From the IMG/VR virus record IMGVR_UViG_3300045000_000052, positions 1 to 56,250 of that record: DNA of 56,250 bases. One strand, written 5' to 3'. The notes below the pieces were generated by a model. The model worked only from the letters and a program-made list of their open reading frames with translations, did no database searches and was not told the origin of the DNA. Positions within the stretch are counted from its first letter, which is position 1. Each line of letters opens with the position of its first letter. Both the position numbers and the translations under genes were made by a program. Positions 34,859 to 45,161 of the stretch are shown here, piece by piece. Origin of the DNA: a virus. Taxonomy: Duplodnaviria; Caudoviricetes.

Positions 34859-36558
34859 CAGAGCGGCATGCTCAGCTCGGTGAGTGTGCGGAACACCCAC
34901 GCGCGGATCTTCATCGTTTTGCTCGCGGGCAGGGCCGGCGCCATGCCGACCGCCGCCGGGCTGGCCCCGTTGTTATTGAGCCCGAACCGGATGCCCATAC
35001 CGGTCAGTGAGTTGCCCTCATCGCGGATCGAGTACATCGGCTCGGCCGAGGTGAGGATGCCATGGGACAGCATCGGGGCCATGGTGGTGGACATGGTGAT
35101 GCCGTAGTCCAGGCTCACCCCGGTGACCGCGCTGGCCCCGGCGATAACCGAGATGTTCATGACCCAAATCGCCGCGTTGGTATAGGGCTGGGTGTAGTTG
35201 GCCCACCAGCCGCGCATGTCCAGCTCGCCGGTATCCCAGCAGAACAGCCCGGTCTCGGCGCCCGCGATGGTGGTAATGCCGAACTGGCCCGAGTCCTCGG
35301 ACAGCCGGACCCGCCCGCCCCGGCCCACCGCGTCGCTGGCCGCGTCGGTGAGCCCCAGGAAGATGTCATCCGGGGCCATCACCAGTCGGGGTGTCACGTT
35401 GGTCTGCACCGAGTTGATGGCCCGGATCTCGAGGTTCACATCGTCGGGGAAATCGAGCGGCTGATAGGAGAACAGCCGGGCGAATTTGGTTTCGCTGAGC
35501 GCGGGAAAGAACCGGATCTCGTTGTCCGGGCCGGAGAGCAGGATGCGCCGGCCCGAGGTGCCGGTCTGGATCGAGATGTCCGCCAGCACCTCGCCGGCCC
35601 GGATCTTGTCGGCGGTGATCGCGCCGGCCGCGATGGCGCCGGCGGTGACCGCGTTGGCGGCGATTTTGTCACCGGTGATGGCCAGGGCCAGGATTTTCTC
35701 GGCGGTGACCGCCCCGGCGTCGATGGCGCCGGCCTGGATGGCCCCCGCCGCGATGTTGACCGCCTGGATGGCGTTGGCGGCGATGGCCAGCGCGGTCACC
35801 GAGCCGGCGCCGAGGTGCCCGGCGGCGATGGCCCCGGCGATCAGCTGCTCGCCGCCCACCGAGTTGGCGGCCAGGTGCTCGAGGTCAACCACCTGCTCGC
35901 CGATCTGGATGGACCCGACCGCGCCGGCGGCGATGTTGGCGGCGGTGACCGCCTCGGCGGCCAGCTTGAGCGTGGTGACCGCGCCGTCCAAGATGTCGGT
36001 GCCCACCACCACGGTGGGGGTGGCTTGCACAGCGGTCGAGTAATCCGACTCGGTGCCCGATTGGTTGACCGAGGTGAGCCACACCCGGTAGCCGGTGGGG
36101 CTGAGCCCGGCGATGACGAACGCGGACGGGTTGAGCCCGATCACGTTGCCGACCACCACCCCGGCCTCTAACGGGGTGCCGTCACCGGGGATGCCCTTGG
36201 CGAGCCAGATATTTGTGTGGCTGTAGTCCCACATCCACTTGCCGTTGCTCGGCCCGTGCGTCTCGACCTTGAGCGTGCCGAACCCGGGCACCACGGTGGG
36301 CGGGTTGGGCACGATCGGCGGTGTCGGATTGTTGACGCTGCGGCCCCCGACGTATGAGCCGTCGTCCTGTTTGCCGATGATCGAGCGGGGGTTGCCGTTG
36401 GCGTCGTAGACCGTCATCGAGCCGTCCTCGAGCGAGGATTGGCCGAGTTGGTTAGTGTTCGCGCCTAGCTCGAGCTGATCAATGCGGCGCTGTAGCTTGG
36501 CCAGCTCGGCGGCCATGCCGGCCACGGAGCGGGCATCAGCGTCGATCGGTGTGCTCAT
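34858..36558 (-). CDS. Minor tail protein (FN3-like domain + ITAxKI repeats)
   Basis: MSTPIDAD start; YRVWLTSVNQSGTES; A/G/I decamer repeats. Confidence 0.8.
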   Translation of the reverse strand: MSTPIDADARSVAGMAAELAKLQRRIDQLELGANTNQLGQSSLEDGSMTVYDANGNPRSIIGKQDDGSYVGGRSVNNPTPPIVPNPPTVVPGFGTLKVETHGPSNGKWMWDYSHTNIWLAKGIPGDGTPLEAGVVVGNVIGLNPSAFVIAGLSPTGYRVWLTSVNQSGTESDYSTAVQATPTVVVGTDILDGAVTTLKLAAEAVTAANIAAGAVGSIQIGEQVVDLEHLAANSVGGEQLIAGAIAAGHLGAGSVTALAIAANAIQAVNIAAGAIQAGAIDAGAVTAEKILALAITGDKIAANAVTAGAIAAGAITADKIRAGEVLADISIQTGTSGRRILLSGPDNEIRFFPALSETKFARLFSYQPLDFPDDVNLEIRAINSVQTNVTPRLVMAPDDIFLGLTDAASDAVGRGGRVRLSEDSGQFGITTIAGAETGLFCWDTGELDMRGWWANYTQPYTNAAIWVMNISVIAGASAVTGVSLDYGITMSTTMAPMLSHGILTSAEPMYSIRDEGNSLTGMGIRFGLNNNGASPAAVGMAPALPASKTMKIRAWVFRTLTELSMPL

Positions 36559-37343
36559 ACGGGCTCGCTCGGGTTGTCGGCATAGACGTGATAGCCGTAC
36601 ACGAACTGCTCGCTGCGCCGGGTGGTGGCGGTGACCCGGTTGGCGTCCGGTTTCCAGGTGAACGACAGGATGCGGTGCCACAGCTCGATGTGCCCGGCGT
36701 AGGGGATGTCGCCAATGATCAGAATGTCATCGCCGGCCACGTAGCTACCCAGGGGCATGTTGGGGTGATCGGCATCCAGCTCGATGGTTCCGATGGTGAT
36801 GGCGGCCCGGCTACGGAGCAGCTCATCGCCGGCGGCGCTGTTGGCCATCGCCGGGGTGCTGATCGTCTGATCGGTGGCCACCTTGACTCGGCGGATGCGG
36901 TGCGGGTCCGCCGAGCCCGCGTAGCCGCGCACCGCGTCGCGGCCCTCGCCCTTGCCGCGGTACATGACCTGACTGGCGTAGCTGCCGGGATCCTCCTCGA
37001 GCTTGAATGCGGCCAGCATGTTTTCATCCAGGGCGCAGCGCAGGTCGAACCGCTTGCGCCCGATGCGGGGATAGCCCAGCTCAACGTGCTGCACCACGGC
37101 GGTGTGCGCGGCGTTCCACGCCCAGGATTCGCGATAGTCGATCAGGAACGTTTTCGCCAAGTTGTCGATCTCCCGACCGCAGTCGATGTCGGAGTACCAG
37201 GCCAGCACGTAGGGCTTGGCTTCTACGATGCGCGGCGTGCGGATGGTTTGGCTGCCGTCGTCATAGACGATGGTGATCACCCCGGTTTCGGGGTCGGTGT
37301 CCGAGGACACCGGTTGCTTGGGCGGCGGCGTAGTCGTGGTCAC
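36555..37343 (-). CDS. Minor tail / hub protein, C-terminal portion
   Basis: DYRESWAW, LGYPRIGR, GKGEG, GSYVAGDDI. Confidence 0.7.
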   Translation of the reverse strand: MTTTTPPPKQPVSSDTDPETGVITIVYDDGSQTIRTPRIVEAKPYVLAWYSDIDCGREIDNLAKTFLIDYRESWAWNAAHTAVVQHVELGYPRIGRKRFDLRCALDENMLAAFKLEEDPGSYASQVMYRGKGEGRDAVRGYAGSADPHRIRRVKVATDQTISTPAMANSAAGDELLRSRAAITIGTIELDADHPNMPLGSYVAGDDILIIGDIPYAGHIELWHRILSFTWKPDANRVTATTRRSEQFVYGYHVYADNPSEPV

Positions 37344-37346
37344 TCG

Positions 37347-38912
37347 TCACCCCTCATCAGGCGGTGGATCGGCTGGCGGGGTCTCGGGGGTCGGGGCGGC
37401 TATCTCCTCATCGTCATACAGCAGCTCTCCGGTGACGGGGTCAAAGTCTTGGTAGGCGGGGATGCCGAGGCGCCCCGGGCTCACCGTGTCGCTGATCGTG
37501 GGGTCCACCCCGGCATCGGGGTAGCTGGTGAGGTGGTCCCATATCAGCCGGATTACATCGCACGGGTCGGTGTCGAGTAGCTGCTCATCGCCCAGGAACG
37601 GCAGCCCCTGGGGGTAGCCGGTGATGCCGATGGCGGTCAGCGCGTAGGTCTCGTCCTCGACCCCGGTCGGTTGCAGGATGCCCGAGGCGAGGATCTGATC
37701 ATCCGCCTCGACGTGGATCCACGTGGCCCAGGGATCCACGTTCAGCTCGGCCAGGGAGGTGAACTCCGGTTTGAGGTTGGCCTGGATGATGGTGGCGCCG
37801 CTCAGCGTGTAGGTGATCTCGGGGTCAATGAGCGGCAGGTCCCAGTCGAGCCAGCGCCTGGTGCGGATGTCCTGGGCGATGAACCGCAGCGGCGAGCGGG
37901 GCGCCGGCCGGGCCGGGGCGGTGAGCAGCTCGATGTCCGGCGGCGGGTAGTCAATGTCGCCCTCGATGTGCGCATAGGCGATTGACTGAACGCTCATCTC
38001 GGTCACCGCCTGGGCGCCGAGCGTGTAGTGCCGGGCATCGTTGAACTGCGGCGGGTCGAGCGCGGTGACCGTCTGGGCGGACTGGTATCGGCTCGCCGAG
38101 GTGGTGGACACCGGGCTCGGGCGGGTGGTCGTTTTCATCACCTTGTGGGCCGCCGGGGTGGTGCTCACCGGGCCGGTGTTGGTGACCGTGACACCCTTGC
38201 CGATCTTGCGGGCGAGGGGGGTCGAGCTGACCGGGCCGGTGTTGCTGACCGTGGCGCCGGAGCGAAACGGCGGGGCGAACGCGCTAGCGAATCCGGCGCC
38301 CGCGAATTCCACCCACCCGGGTTGGGTGGTCACCGCGGTGGATCCGGCGATCAGGTCCGAGGCGGTGCCGCCGTAGTACAGCGTGCCGGTGTAGCTGGTC
38401 GCTACGGTGTTCTGAGCGCGGTAGCCCAGCTCGACCACCACTCGGTCACCGGGCTGCGCGGCCACGGCGGTCAGCGCCGCCACCGTGACCACCTGGCCCG
38501 AGGCGCCGCTACCGCTACCGGCGATGGCCCCGGGGAATGACCACTCAGCGCCGCCGCCCAGGGCCAGCCCGGTCAGCGCGCCGCGCACTACGTCGGTGCT
38601 GCCCACCGTGACGTAAAGGTGCAGCTGAAAGATCATGTTGGCGGCCGCGTTGGACTCGAGGCTGCCCAAGCCCATCGAGAGCGCGCCGTCCAGGGTGGCG
38701 GCATTGTTGAGCGGCGCCGAGACGAACCGGCGCAGGAGAACCGCCCAGGTGTTCGAGGTGGACGTCTCGGCCTTGGCCTGGGAAGCGCCGGCGCCGGTCT
38801 TGCGGGTGATCAGCGCCGAGGCGCCGGTGAGCGTCTTATCCGACCAGGTGCCCCGGATGGTCGGCGGCGTGTAGCCGGCGGCCGAGTTGGTCAGATAGAG
38901 GCGGGTCGCCAT
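37347..38912 (-). CDS. Minor tail protein fused to the N-terminal portion of the hub protein
   Basis: MATRLYL...QPGDRVVVELG domain, then RFIAQDIRTRRWLDWDLPL...ASGI...DPCDVIRLIWDHL. Confidence 0.7.
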   Translation of the reverse strand: MATRLYLTNSAAGYTPPTIRGTWSDKTLTGASALITRKTGAGASQAKAETSTSNTWAVLLRRFVSAPLNNAATLDGALSMGLGSLESNAAANMIFQLHLYVTVGSTDVVRGALTGLALGGGAEWSFPGAIAGSGSGASGQVVTVAALTAVAAQPGDRVVVELGYRAQNTVATSYTGTLYYGGTASDLIAGSTAVTTQPGWVEFAGAGFASAFAPPFRSGATVSNTGPVSSTPLARKIGKGVTVTNTGPVSTTPAAHKVMKTTTRPSPVSTTSASRYQSAQTVTALDPPQFNDARHYTLGAQAVTEMSVQSIAYAHIEGDIDYPPPDIELLTAPARPAPRSPLRFIAQDIRTRRWLDWDLPLIDPEITYTLSGATIIQANLKPEFTSLAELNVDPWATWIHVEADDQILASGILQPTGVEDETYALTAIGITGYPQGLPFLGDEQLLDTDPCDVIRLIWDHLTSYPDAGVDPTISDTVSPGRLGIPAYQDFDPVTGELLYDDEEIAAPTPETPPADPPPDEG

Positions 38913-38915
38913 CGG

Positions 38916-39266
38916 TTACGTAGCACCCTGAACGATCTTGTTTGACAGTTGGTACTGGCCTGCCACCGAGTACACCTCGGTGCCGGGGAGCGGGCCGCCG
39001 GTCAGGAACACACCGCCGGTGCTGGCCGACCAGCGGCCGAAAAACATGAAAGTCGAGGTGGCCGGGATGTCGTGCAAGGTGCCGGTGTTGGTCGCCTCGC
39101 CGGCGGCGGCGGCCGGGTAGCCGCCGAGCTTGCGCGGGGAGCCGGCCAGCTCGTTGGCCCCGATGGCGCCGGGGTCGGCGGTATGCAGTGAGAACCAATC
39201 GGCGCCACCATTGACCCCGATCGAATCAACGATCTTGTTCCGGGCCAGCGTGGAATAGCTGGTCAT
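38916..39266 (-). CDS. Minor tail protein
   Basis: WFSLHTADPG..GANE...WSASTGGVFL. Confidence 0.7.
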   Translation of the reverse strand: MTSYSTLARNKIVDSIGVNGGADWFSLHTADPGAIGANELAGSPRKLGGYPAAAAGEATNTGTLHDIPATSTFMFFGRWSASTGGVFLTGGPLPGTEVYSVAGQYQLSNKIVQGAT

Positions 39267-39275
39267 GAGGCTCCC

Positions 39276-40328
39276 TTAGCTCGCGGTCTCGGGGCGTTGT
39301 TTGAAGTGAATGCTCGCGGTGATCGTGGTCGACTCAGTGCTGATCAACTTGCCCACCCCGAGCCCCGATTTCATCCGGTTGGTCAGCTTCCAATGCTGGG
39401 TGGTGCCCCGGATGGCCGGCGGCACCGGCTTGTTGGAGAACGTCAGCGGCAGGTGGTGGCGGAATGTCTGGCCGCCCCAGTTGGCAAACCACGACTGCTC
39501 GCCCTGCTGCACCGCGCCGATCAGCAGCCCGAGCCAGCCGCCGATGGACCCGAGGCGCACCTGGGCGTTCTTGACCTCGATCTCGGCATCGAAATGCGTC
39601 GCCCAGTCGGGGATCTGGACGTCCCACGCGGCGGTGAAAGGCCACGGGATCGTAGTGGTTTGGTTCGCCGGGATGACATCGCCGCTGTCATTGTCACCGT
39701 CATCACCGCCGCCGCCGGGGCAGACCACCGGGGGCGGGTTGCCGGTGCCCTCGCCGCCGCCGTTGTCCGCCGGCTGAGTGCCGCCGGTGAGCGGGTTGAC
39801 CACCGTGCGCAGATCTTTGATCATGGCCTGGGTGATCGTGCCGGTGCTGGCCGGCAGGTCGATCCGGGCCAGCGTGATGGCCGAGTAGCCGAGGTTGAGA
39901 TCGTGCACCGAGCGCACCCCGGTGCCGACGTTCTCGATGATCCTGGTGAAGATGTAGGGCCCGTGCGCGATGTCCGCCGGCTGCTCCCAGGGCTCGCCGG
40001 AGATGTCGGGGTTCTCCACCCGGGCGATCACCAGGTCACTGCGGCCGCCGCCGGCGCCGGACGGGTTGGAGTCAACCGTGTCCTGGGTGAACAGCCGCTG
40101 GATGTAGGCCTCTTTGCTGGCGTTCACCGCCCGGTTGAGTATCGAGCAGGAACCGGGCATCACCCGGACCCCGGCGCCGGGGATGGCCAGGGCCTGGACC
40201 TGTAGGTCGACCGAGGAGAACACACCCTCTTGACCGCCGGTGCACATCCAGCCGAGCAACCGCGCGATCGCGTCGGTGACCTCGGCGCCGCCCCCGATGG
40301 CCCACGGCACACCCTCATCCCAAGCCAT
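39276..40328 (-). CDS. Minor tail (baseplate) protein
   Basis: DLQVQAL...VRVMPG...RSDLVIARVEN...LARIDLPAST. Confidence 0.75.
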   Translation of the reverse strand: MAWDEGVPWAIGGGAEVTDAIARLLGWMCTGGQEGVFSSVDLQVQALAIPGAGVRVMPGSCSILNRAVNASKEAYIQRLFTQDTVDSNPSGAGGGRSDLVIARVENPDISGEPWEQPADIAHGPYIFTRIIENVGTGVRSVHDLNLGYSAITLARIDLPASTGTITQAMIKDLRTVVNPLTGGTQPADNGGGEGTGNPPPVVCPGGGGDDGDNDSGDVIPANQTTTIPWPFTAAWDVQIPDWATHFDAEIEVKNAQVRLGSIGGWLGLLIGAVQQGEQSWFANWGGQTFRHHLPLTFSNKPVPPAIRGTTQHWKLTNRMKSGLGVGKLISTESTTITASIHFKQRPETAS

Positions 40329-40340
40329 GCGTTCTCCCTC

Positions 40341-41222
40341 TCACGGTGACACCCAGGTCTCACGCCACGCCGTGGTGAATGAGGCGGTGCCGGTGTCGTC
40401 CTGGCCGGTCAAAACGATCTCATAGGTATCTGGGTCCAACTTGACCTGACTCAGGCTCGGCGAGCCCGGCAGTAGCGTGCCGCCGAGGTTGGCCCCGGTG
40501 TTGGTGCGGATGCCCCTCGACCAGGGCCGGGCGTCGATGCCCACCCACTCACCGGCCTGCAAGATCAGGTTCAGCCCGATCGACCAGTGCCCCACCACCC
40601 GGATCTTGGGGCGGGTGATCGGGCCCCGGATCATGAACACCATCCAGGCGGGCTCGTCCCCTTTGATCTTGACCACGCCCGGCGCGTAGCTGATGCCCAC
40701 CGAGCCCCAGGGAAAGCTCGCCGGGAAGCTGAACCCGCCCGGGGTCGGCGGCACGATCGTCAGCGTGTTGGACAGCTCGCCGTCGCTGTAGAACGAACCA
40801 TCGACCGCTTGAAAGTCGCACGTCACGAACGTGTTGCCCATCGAGTCCTCGCCGAGCGTGGGCGAGAACCGGCGGGGCCGGCCGTACACGCGCCGGGTGC
40901 GGCCGGCCCGACCCATCCGCAGCGTGCACACCTGCCCGGACTGGGCGCGGACCGCGCTGGCCCGCCACGCTTGGCGCAGCCGCGAGTAGGCGGCCATCTG
41001 ATCAGGGCCCGGGATGTCCAGCCCGGTGATCTTGAATGTGATGATCTGGCCGCCGTGGAAATCCCGGCCGAACCGCATGCCGTCCGCCCGGGGGTTGGGC
41101 GTGTCGTTGGTGATGATGTCGCCCTGGTCGTAGGAGATGTCCTGCACCAGAAACGGCGTGTCCGGGGTACCGAAGTAGTAGCCGTCCAGCTCACACCCGT
41201 ACTCCGGCAACTCAGCGATCAC
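40341..41222 (-). CDS. Distal tail protein (Dit)
   Basis: Follows the tape measure; RADGMRFGRD, YGRPRR, IRGPITRP, WRETW. Confidence 0.8.
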   Translation of the reverse strand: MIAELPEYGCELDGYYFGTPDTPFLVQDISYDQGDIITNDTPNPRADGMRFGRDFHGGQIITFKITGLDIPGPDQMAAYSRLRQAWRASAVRAQSGQVCTLRMGRAGRTRRVYGRPRRFSPTLGEDSMGNTFVTCDFQAVDGSFYSDGELSNTLTIVPPTPGGFSFPASFPWGSVGISYAPGVVKIKGDEPAWMVFMIRGPITRPKIRVVGHWSIGLNLILQAGEWVGIDARPWSRGIRTNTGANLGGTLLPGSPSLSQVKLDPDTYEIVLTGQDDTGTASFTTAWRETWVSP

Positions 41223-44200
41223 TGTGCACCCCTCGGCGGTAATGACGCATCTTAAAGATCACTTCGTTGGCCACGGCCGAGGGGCCGATGGAATTCGGCG
41301 GCGCCACGTTCAGGGTGCCGATGGTCGGGGCGGTGGCCCCGGTCGAGGCTTTCGCCCCGCCGGGCACGGTGGCCGCGTTGCGCACCTCGGTGGACAGCCG
41401 GGTCAGCGCCAGCCCCTGGCCCTGGGCCGCCGAGATGCCGCCCTCGGCGTATTTCCTGATCAGGTCGAACCCCATCCGCTGCGCGGCGATGAGCAACAGC
41501 ATCCTCGAGCGGGCCGAGCGGTTGATCGGGATGAACGCCTCATCGTCGCGGGATCGGTCACCGATCAGCCGGAACCGCCGGGGCGGCACGATCTGCCCAT
41601 AGTTGGCCCGCATCGGCCGAGCCCCGGCGAGCCCGCCCTTGGCGTACTTCTCCACGATGCCGCCGGCGGCCAGCCCGCCGGTAGCCAGGATCGGGATCCT
41701 GATCTGTTTGCCCTGCTGGGTCTGAATGAACGCGTCGATCTGTTGGATGGCCTGCTCAACATCGGCATCGACCGTGATCGCGGCCTTGAGCCCGTCCGTG
41801 TATTGCTTCAGCTCATCGGCTTTTTGCTTACCGGGGTCGGTGTTGGCGTCACCGATCATGAGCCCGGTCATCGCGTCGATCAGGCTCTTGAGTTGGTTGG
41901 CCTTGTCGGTGCCGGGTTGGATGTTGAGGTCACCTTGCATGAGCGCGGTCAGCTGGTCGATGTAGGCCTTGAGCTGATCGCCCTTCTGAGTGCCGAGGCT
42001 GGCGTCCGCGTCGATCTTGGCTACGCCGAGGATGCCGTTCAGTGACGTTTTCAGCCCGTCGACCTTGGCCCGGGCGAGCGCGTCGTTGGCGTCGATCGAG
42101 ATCTCGACCTTGCCGTTACCAAGATCCTTGATGGCGAAACCAAGATCCTTGAGCCGCTGCTGGGCGTCGGCGGTGGGCGCGTTGATCACAATCGTTTTCG
42201 TGCCGGGTACCTTGTTGAACTCGGCGACCACCCCGGCGATCTGCTGGGTGACGGTGGGCGCGTTGGTGGTGAAGTCGGTTGCCGCCTTGGCCGGTATCAG
42301 CCCGATCTTGTCGGCCAGCGCGTTGGCCGCGTCCGCCGAGCCGAGCGCCTTGGTAGCCACCTCGACAAACGCGTCTCTCAGTTCCTGCATCTTGGCCGAG
42401 GCTGCCGCGGCGCCGGCCGCGTTGCCGCCGATGGCCGCCGCCGCGTCGCCGGCTTTCTGCGCCGTGGTGGCGGCCGTGGCGCCGAGCCCGGCAAGGGCTG
42501 TGTTCATCGCGGCGGTCGGGGCTACCCCGTTCTTGAGCCCGCCCAGCGCCGGCCCGATCAGGGCGAGCGAGTCGCTGAAATTCTTGCTCGCCTCGGCGGC
42601 CAGGGCCTGCTCGGCCTGCAACTTCTGCACCTCGGGCACGCTCAGCCCGATGGCCTTGGCCAGGTTGGCGGCCGGCGCGGCGGCATCCATCAGCGACTGA
42701 ACCAAGCCTTGGTAGTGCTGCTGGGCCTCGAGCGAGGTCCCGCCGGCGGTGCGCACCGCGTCGTTCACCGCGTTGATGGCGGCCGGGTTGCCGAGCGCGG
42801 CCTGGGTCAGCGTCTCGAGGCTGAGCCCCAGTGCCTGGATAGCGCCGGTGTTCTGGGTGTAGGCGGGGCTCGCGGCGATCAGCGACTGGGTGTGCGCGGC
42901 CAGCTGGGCGTTGACCGAGGTCATGGCGCCGGACTCGCCGAGCATGGCTTTCACGTAGTCGTTAGTGTTGATGTTGAGGTCTTTGACCTTGGCTAGGGTG
43001 CCGTCCTTGGCCAGCTCATTGGCCTTGGTATTGATCGTGTCCTGGGTGATCGCCCCGTTCAGGGTCGAGAGGGTGCCGCGCAGGGTCTCGAGCGAGGCTT
43101 TGTGCTCGTCGGCCTTTTTCTTGGCCTCCTCTTGTTTCGCGCCGAGCAGCGCCAAGGCCACACCGGCGCCGGCCAGGGCGACACCCCACGGGCCGCCCAG
43201 GAAGCTCACCAGCGAGCCGAGACCGCTGGTGATGGTCTTGCCCACCCCGGCGGCCAGCCCGGCCGTGGTCTTGAATCTGGTAGCCCCGGCGGCGGCGGTG
43301 TCGAACGCTTTCGCGATGCCACCGATGGCGGTCTCGGGGTGGGACTCGGCTAGGGCTTTCATGGTGGCCTGTAGCCCGGTCAGCGGGGCGGCGCCGGCGG
43401 CCACGCTGGCCTTGATGGCGCCGAGCGCTGTGGTGAAGCCACGGACCGCCGTCACGGCCGGGTTGGCCGAGGTGGCGAACGCGGCATGCGCGGCGCCGGC
43501 GGTGGTGAGGTTCTTGCCGTAGCCCTGGGCCAGCGCGGACTGCACTTTCATCTCGTCGCCGAAGGACTTGACGGCGGTGCCCGCTGTCTTGACCCCCGAG
43601 ACCACGGCGGCCACTGGCGCGGTGATGGCCCGGAATGCCGAGCCGACCGTGCCAAGCACCTTGCCCGTCTTGCCGCCCTCGGTGTTGGTGCCCCGGAACC
43701 CGGCGGTCAGCCCGGACAGGATCGCCGGCCCGACCTTGAGCGCCACCAGGGCCAGCACGGCGGACTGGATGGGCCCGGGCAGCCCGGCGAACACGGTCAG
43801 CAGCCCGCCGACCAGGCTGGCCAGGGGGCCGATGATGACCGAGGCGCCGGTCAGCGCATCGCCGAGCAGCTTGACCGCGCCGGCCACCACGCCGAGCCCG
43901 GTACCCGAGGTGACCACGGCACCGATGCCATCGGCCACCGGCTTGAGTGACTTGACCACGTTCAGGAACCCGGTAGCCAGCGGGGTGAGCACCGTCTTGG
44001 CCTGGGTGCCGAGGCGGCCGAGCGTGTCGGCCACCTTGGGGATGTTGGTGGATGCCTGGGTCACGAATGAGGTCAGCGGGCCCTGGATCTTGTCGAACAG
44101 CCCGAGGGCGACCGTTTCGAGCTGGCTCTTGAGCCCTTCCCAGGCGCCGCCGAGCCCCTTGGTTTTGGCCGCCGCGACATCCGCCGCGCCGCCGGACTTG

Positions 44201-45141
44201 CCGACCGCGGTCGACATCTTGTCCCAGTCGCTGCTGCTGGTGCGGGCCGCGATACCGGCGAGGCGCGCCGCGTCGCTGCCGAACGCGATGGATGCGGCGG
44301 CCGCGTACTGCTCGGGAGTCATCCGCTTGGACGCGGCGTTGAGCTGGTCGAAAATCGCCGGCAGCCCCACGAACTGACCTTGCGCGTTGAACGCGTTGAC
44401 CCCGAGTTCCTTGAGCGCCACGGCGCCCTGTTTGCTCGGGCTGGCCAACGCCAGTAGCGCGGACTTGAGCAGGGTGCCCGCGTCGCTGCCCTTGATGCCG
44501 GAGTTGGCGAACAGCCCCAGGGCGGTGGCGGTGTCCTCGATCGAGATGCCGAACTGGGCCGCCACCGCGCCGCCGGCTTGCAACGCGGCGGCAAAGTCGG
44601 TGATCTCACCCGAGCTGGCGTTGGCCACGTTGGCCAGCACATCGGCGACCCGGCCCGCGTTGTCCGCCGAGAGCCCGAACGTGTTCAGGGCGTTGGTCTG
44701 GATCTCGGCGGCTTTCGCGCCGTCGATCTGGGCGGCCGCCGCGAGCTGCAAGGTGCCCTTGGCCGCCGTCATCGACTGCTCGACCGTGAGCCCGCCCTTG
44801 GCGAGTTCGGTCATGGCGGCGGCGGCATCGGCGGCCGAGGTGGCCGGCAGCGAGAGGTCCGAGCCAAGCGCGGTGGCGGTCTGGCCCACCCGGGCCATCT
44901 GATCGGCGGTGGCGCCGGTGACGGCCTGCAAGGTGTTCATGCTGTTCTGGTACTGAATGCCCAGGTCGATGACCTGTTTAAAGCCAACCGCCGCCACGGC
45001 GGTGCCAGCGGCCAGGGCGGTGCCGATAAGGCGGCCCGCGTTGCCGGCGGCCCCCGTGGCGCCGGACAGCCCGGCCTGGAGTTTCTGCGGAAAGCCGGTG
45101 AAATCCGGATCGACCAGGATCGAGACTTTGCCACCGGCCAA
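41212..45141 (-). CDS. Tape measure protein (TP901-type core)
   Basis: 1309 aa, Ala-rich; MTELAKGG, LAAAAQID, GIKGSDAGTLLKS; C-terminal AxGG motifs. Confidence 0.95.
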   Translation of the reverse strand: MAGGKVSILVDPDFTGFPQKLQAGLSGATGAAGNAGRLIGTALAAGTAVAAVGFKQVIDLGIQYQNSMNTLQAVTGATADQMARVGQTATALGSDLSLPATSAADAAAAMTELAKGGLTVEQSMTAAKGTLQLAAAAQIDGAKAAEIQTNALNTFGLSADNAGRVADVLANVANASSGEITDFAAALQAGGAVAAQFGISIEDTATALGLFANSGIKGSDAGTLLKSALLALASPSKQGAVALKELGVNAFNAQGQFVGLPAIFDQLNAASKRMTPEQYAAAASIAFGSDAARLAGIAARTSSSDWDKMSTAVGKSGGAADVAAAKTKGLGGAWEGLKSQLETVALGLFDKIQGPLTSFVTQASTNIPKVADTLGRLGTQAKTVLTPLATGFLNVVKSLKPVADGIGAVVTSGTGLGVVAGAVKLLGDALTGASVIIGPLASLVGGLLTVFAGLPGPIQSAVLALVALKVGPAILSGLTAGFRGTNTEGGKTGKVLGTVGSAFRAITAPVAAVVSGVKTAGTAVKSFGDEMKVQSALAQGYGKNLTTAGAAHAAFATSANPAVTAVRGFTTALGAIKASVAAGAAPLTGLQATMKALAESHPETAIGGIAKAFDTAAAGATRFKTTAGLAAGVGKTITSGLGSLVSFLGGPWGVALAGAGVALALLGAKQEEAKKKADEHKASLETLRGTLSTLNGAITQDTINTKANELAKDGTLAKVKDLNINTNDYVKAMLGESGAMTSVNAQLAAHTQSLIAASPAYTQNTGAIQALGLSLETLTQAALGNPAAINAVNDAVRTAGGTSLEAQQHYQGLVQSLMDAAAPAANLAKAIGLSVPEVQKLQAEQALAAEASKNFSDSLALIGPALGGLKNGVAPTAAMNTALAGLGATAATTAQKAGDAAAAIGGNAAGAAAASAKMQELRDAFVEVATKALGSADAANALADKIGLIPAKAATDFTTNAPTVTQQIAGVVAEFNKVPGTKTIVINAPTADAQQRLKDLGFAIKDLGNGKVEISIDANDALARAKVDGLKTSLNGILGVAKIDADASLGTQKGDQLKAYIDQLTALMQGDLNIQPGTDKANQLKSLIDAMTGLMIGDANTDPGKQKADELKQYTDGLKAAITVDADVEQAIQQIDAFIQTQQGKQIRIPILATGGLAAGGIVEKYAKGGLAGARPMRANYGQIVPPRRFRLIGDRSRDDEAFIPINRSARSRMLLLIAAQRMGFDLIRKYAEGGISAAQGQGLALTRLSTEVRNAATVPGGAKASTGATAPTIGTLNVAPPNSIGPSAVANEVIFKMRHYRRGVHSDR

Positions 45142-45161
45142 CGGGTCACCTCCCTGGGTTT

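Noticed and set aside
35620-35990. Ala/Gly/Ile repeats as a novel repeat element
   Set aside because: Ordinary ITAxKI/AGAI repeats of phage minor tail proteins
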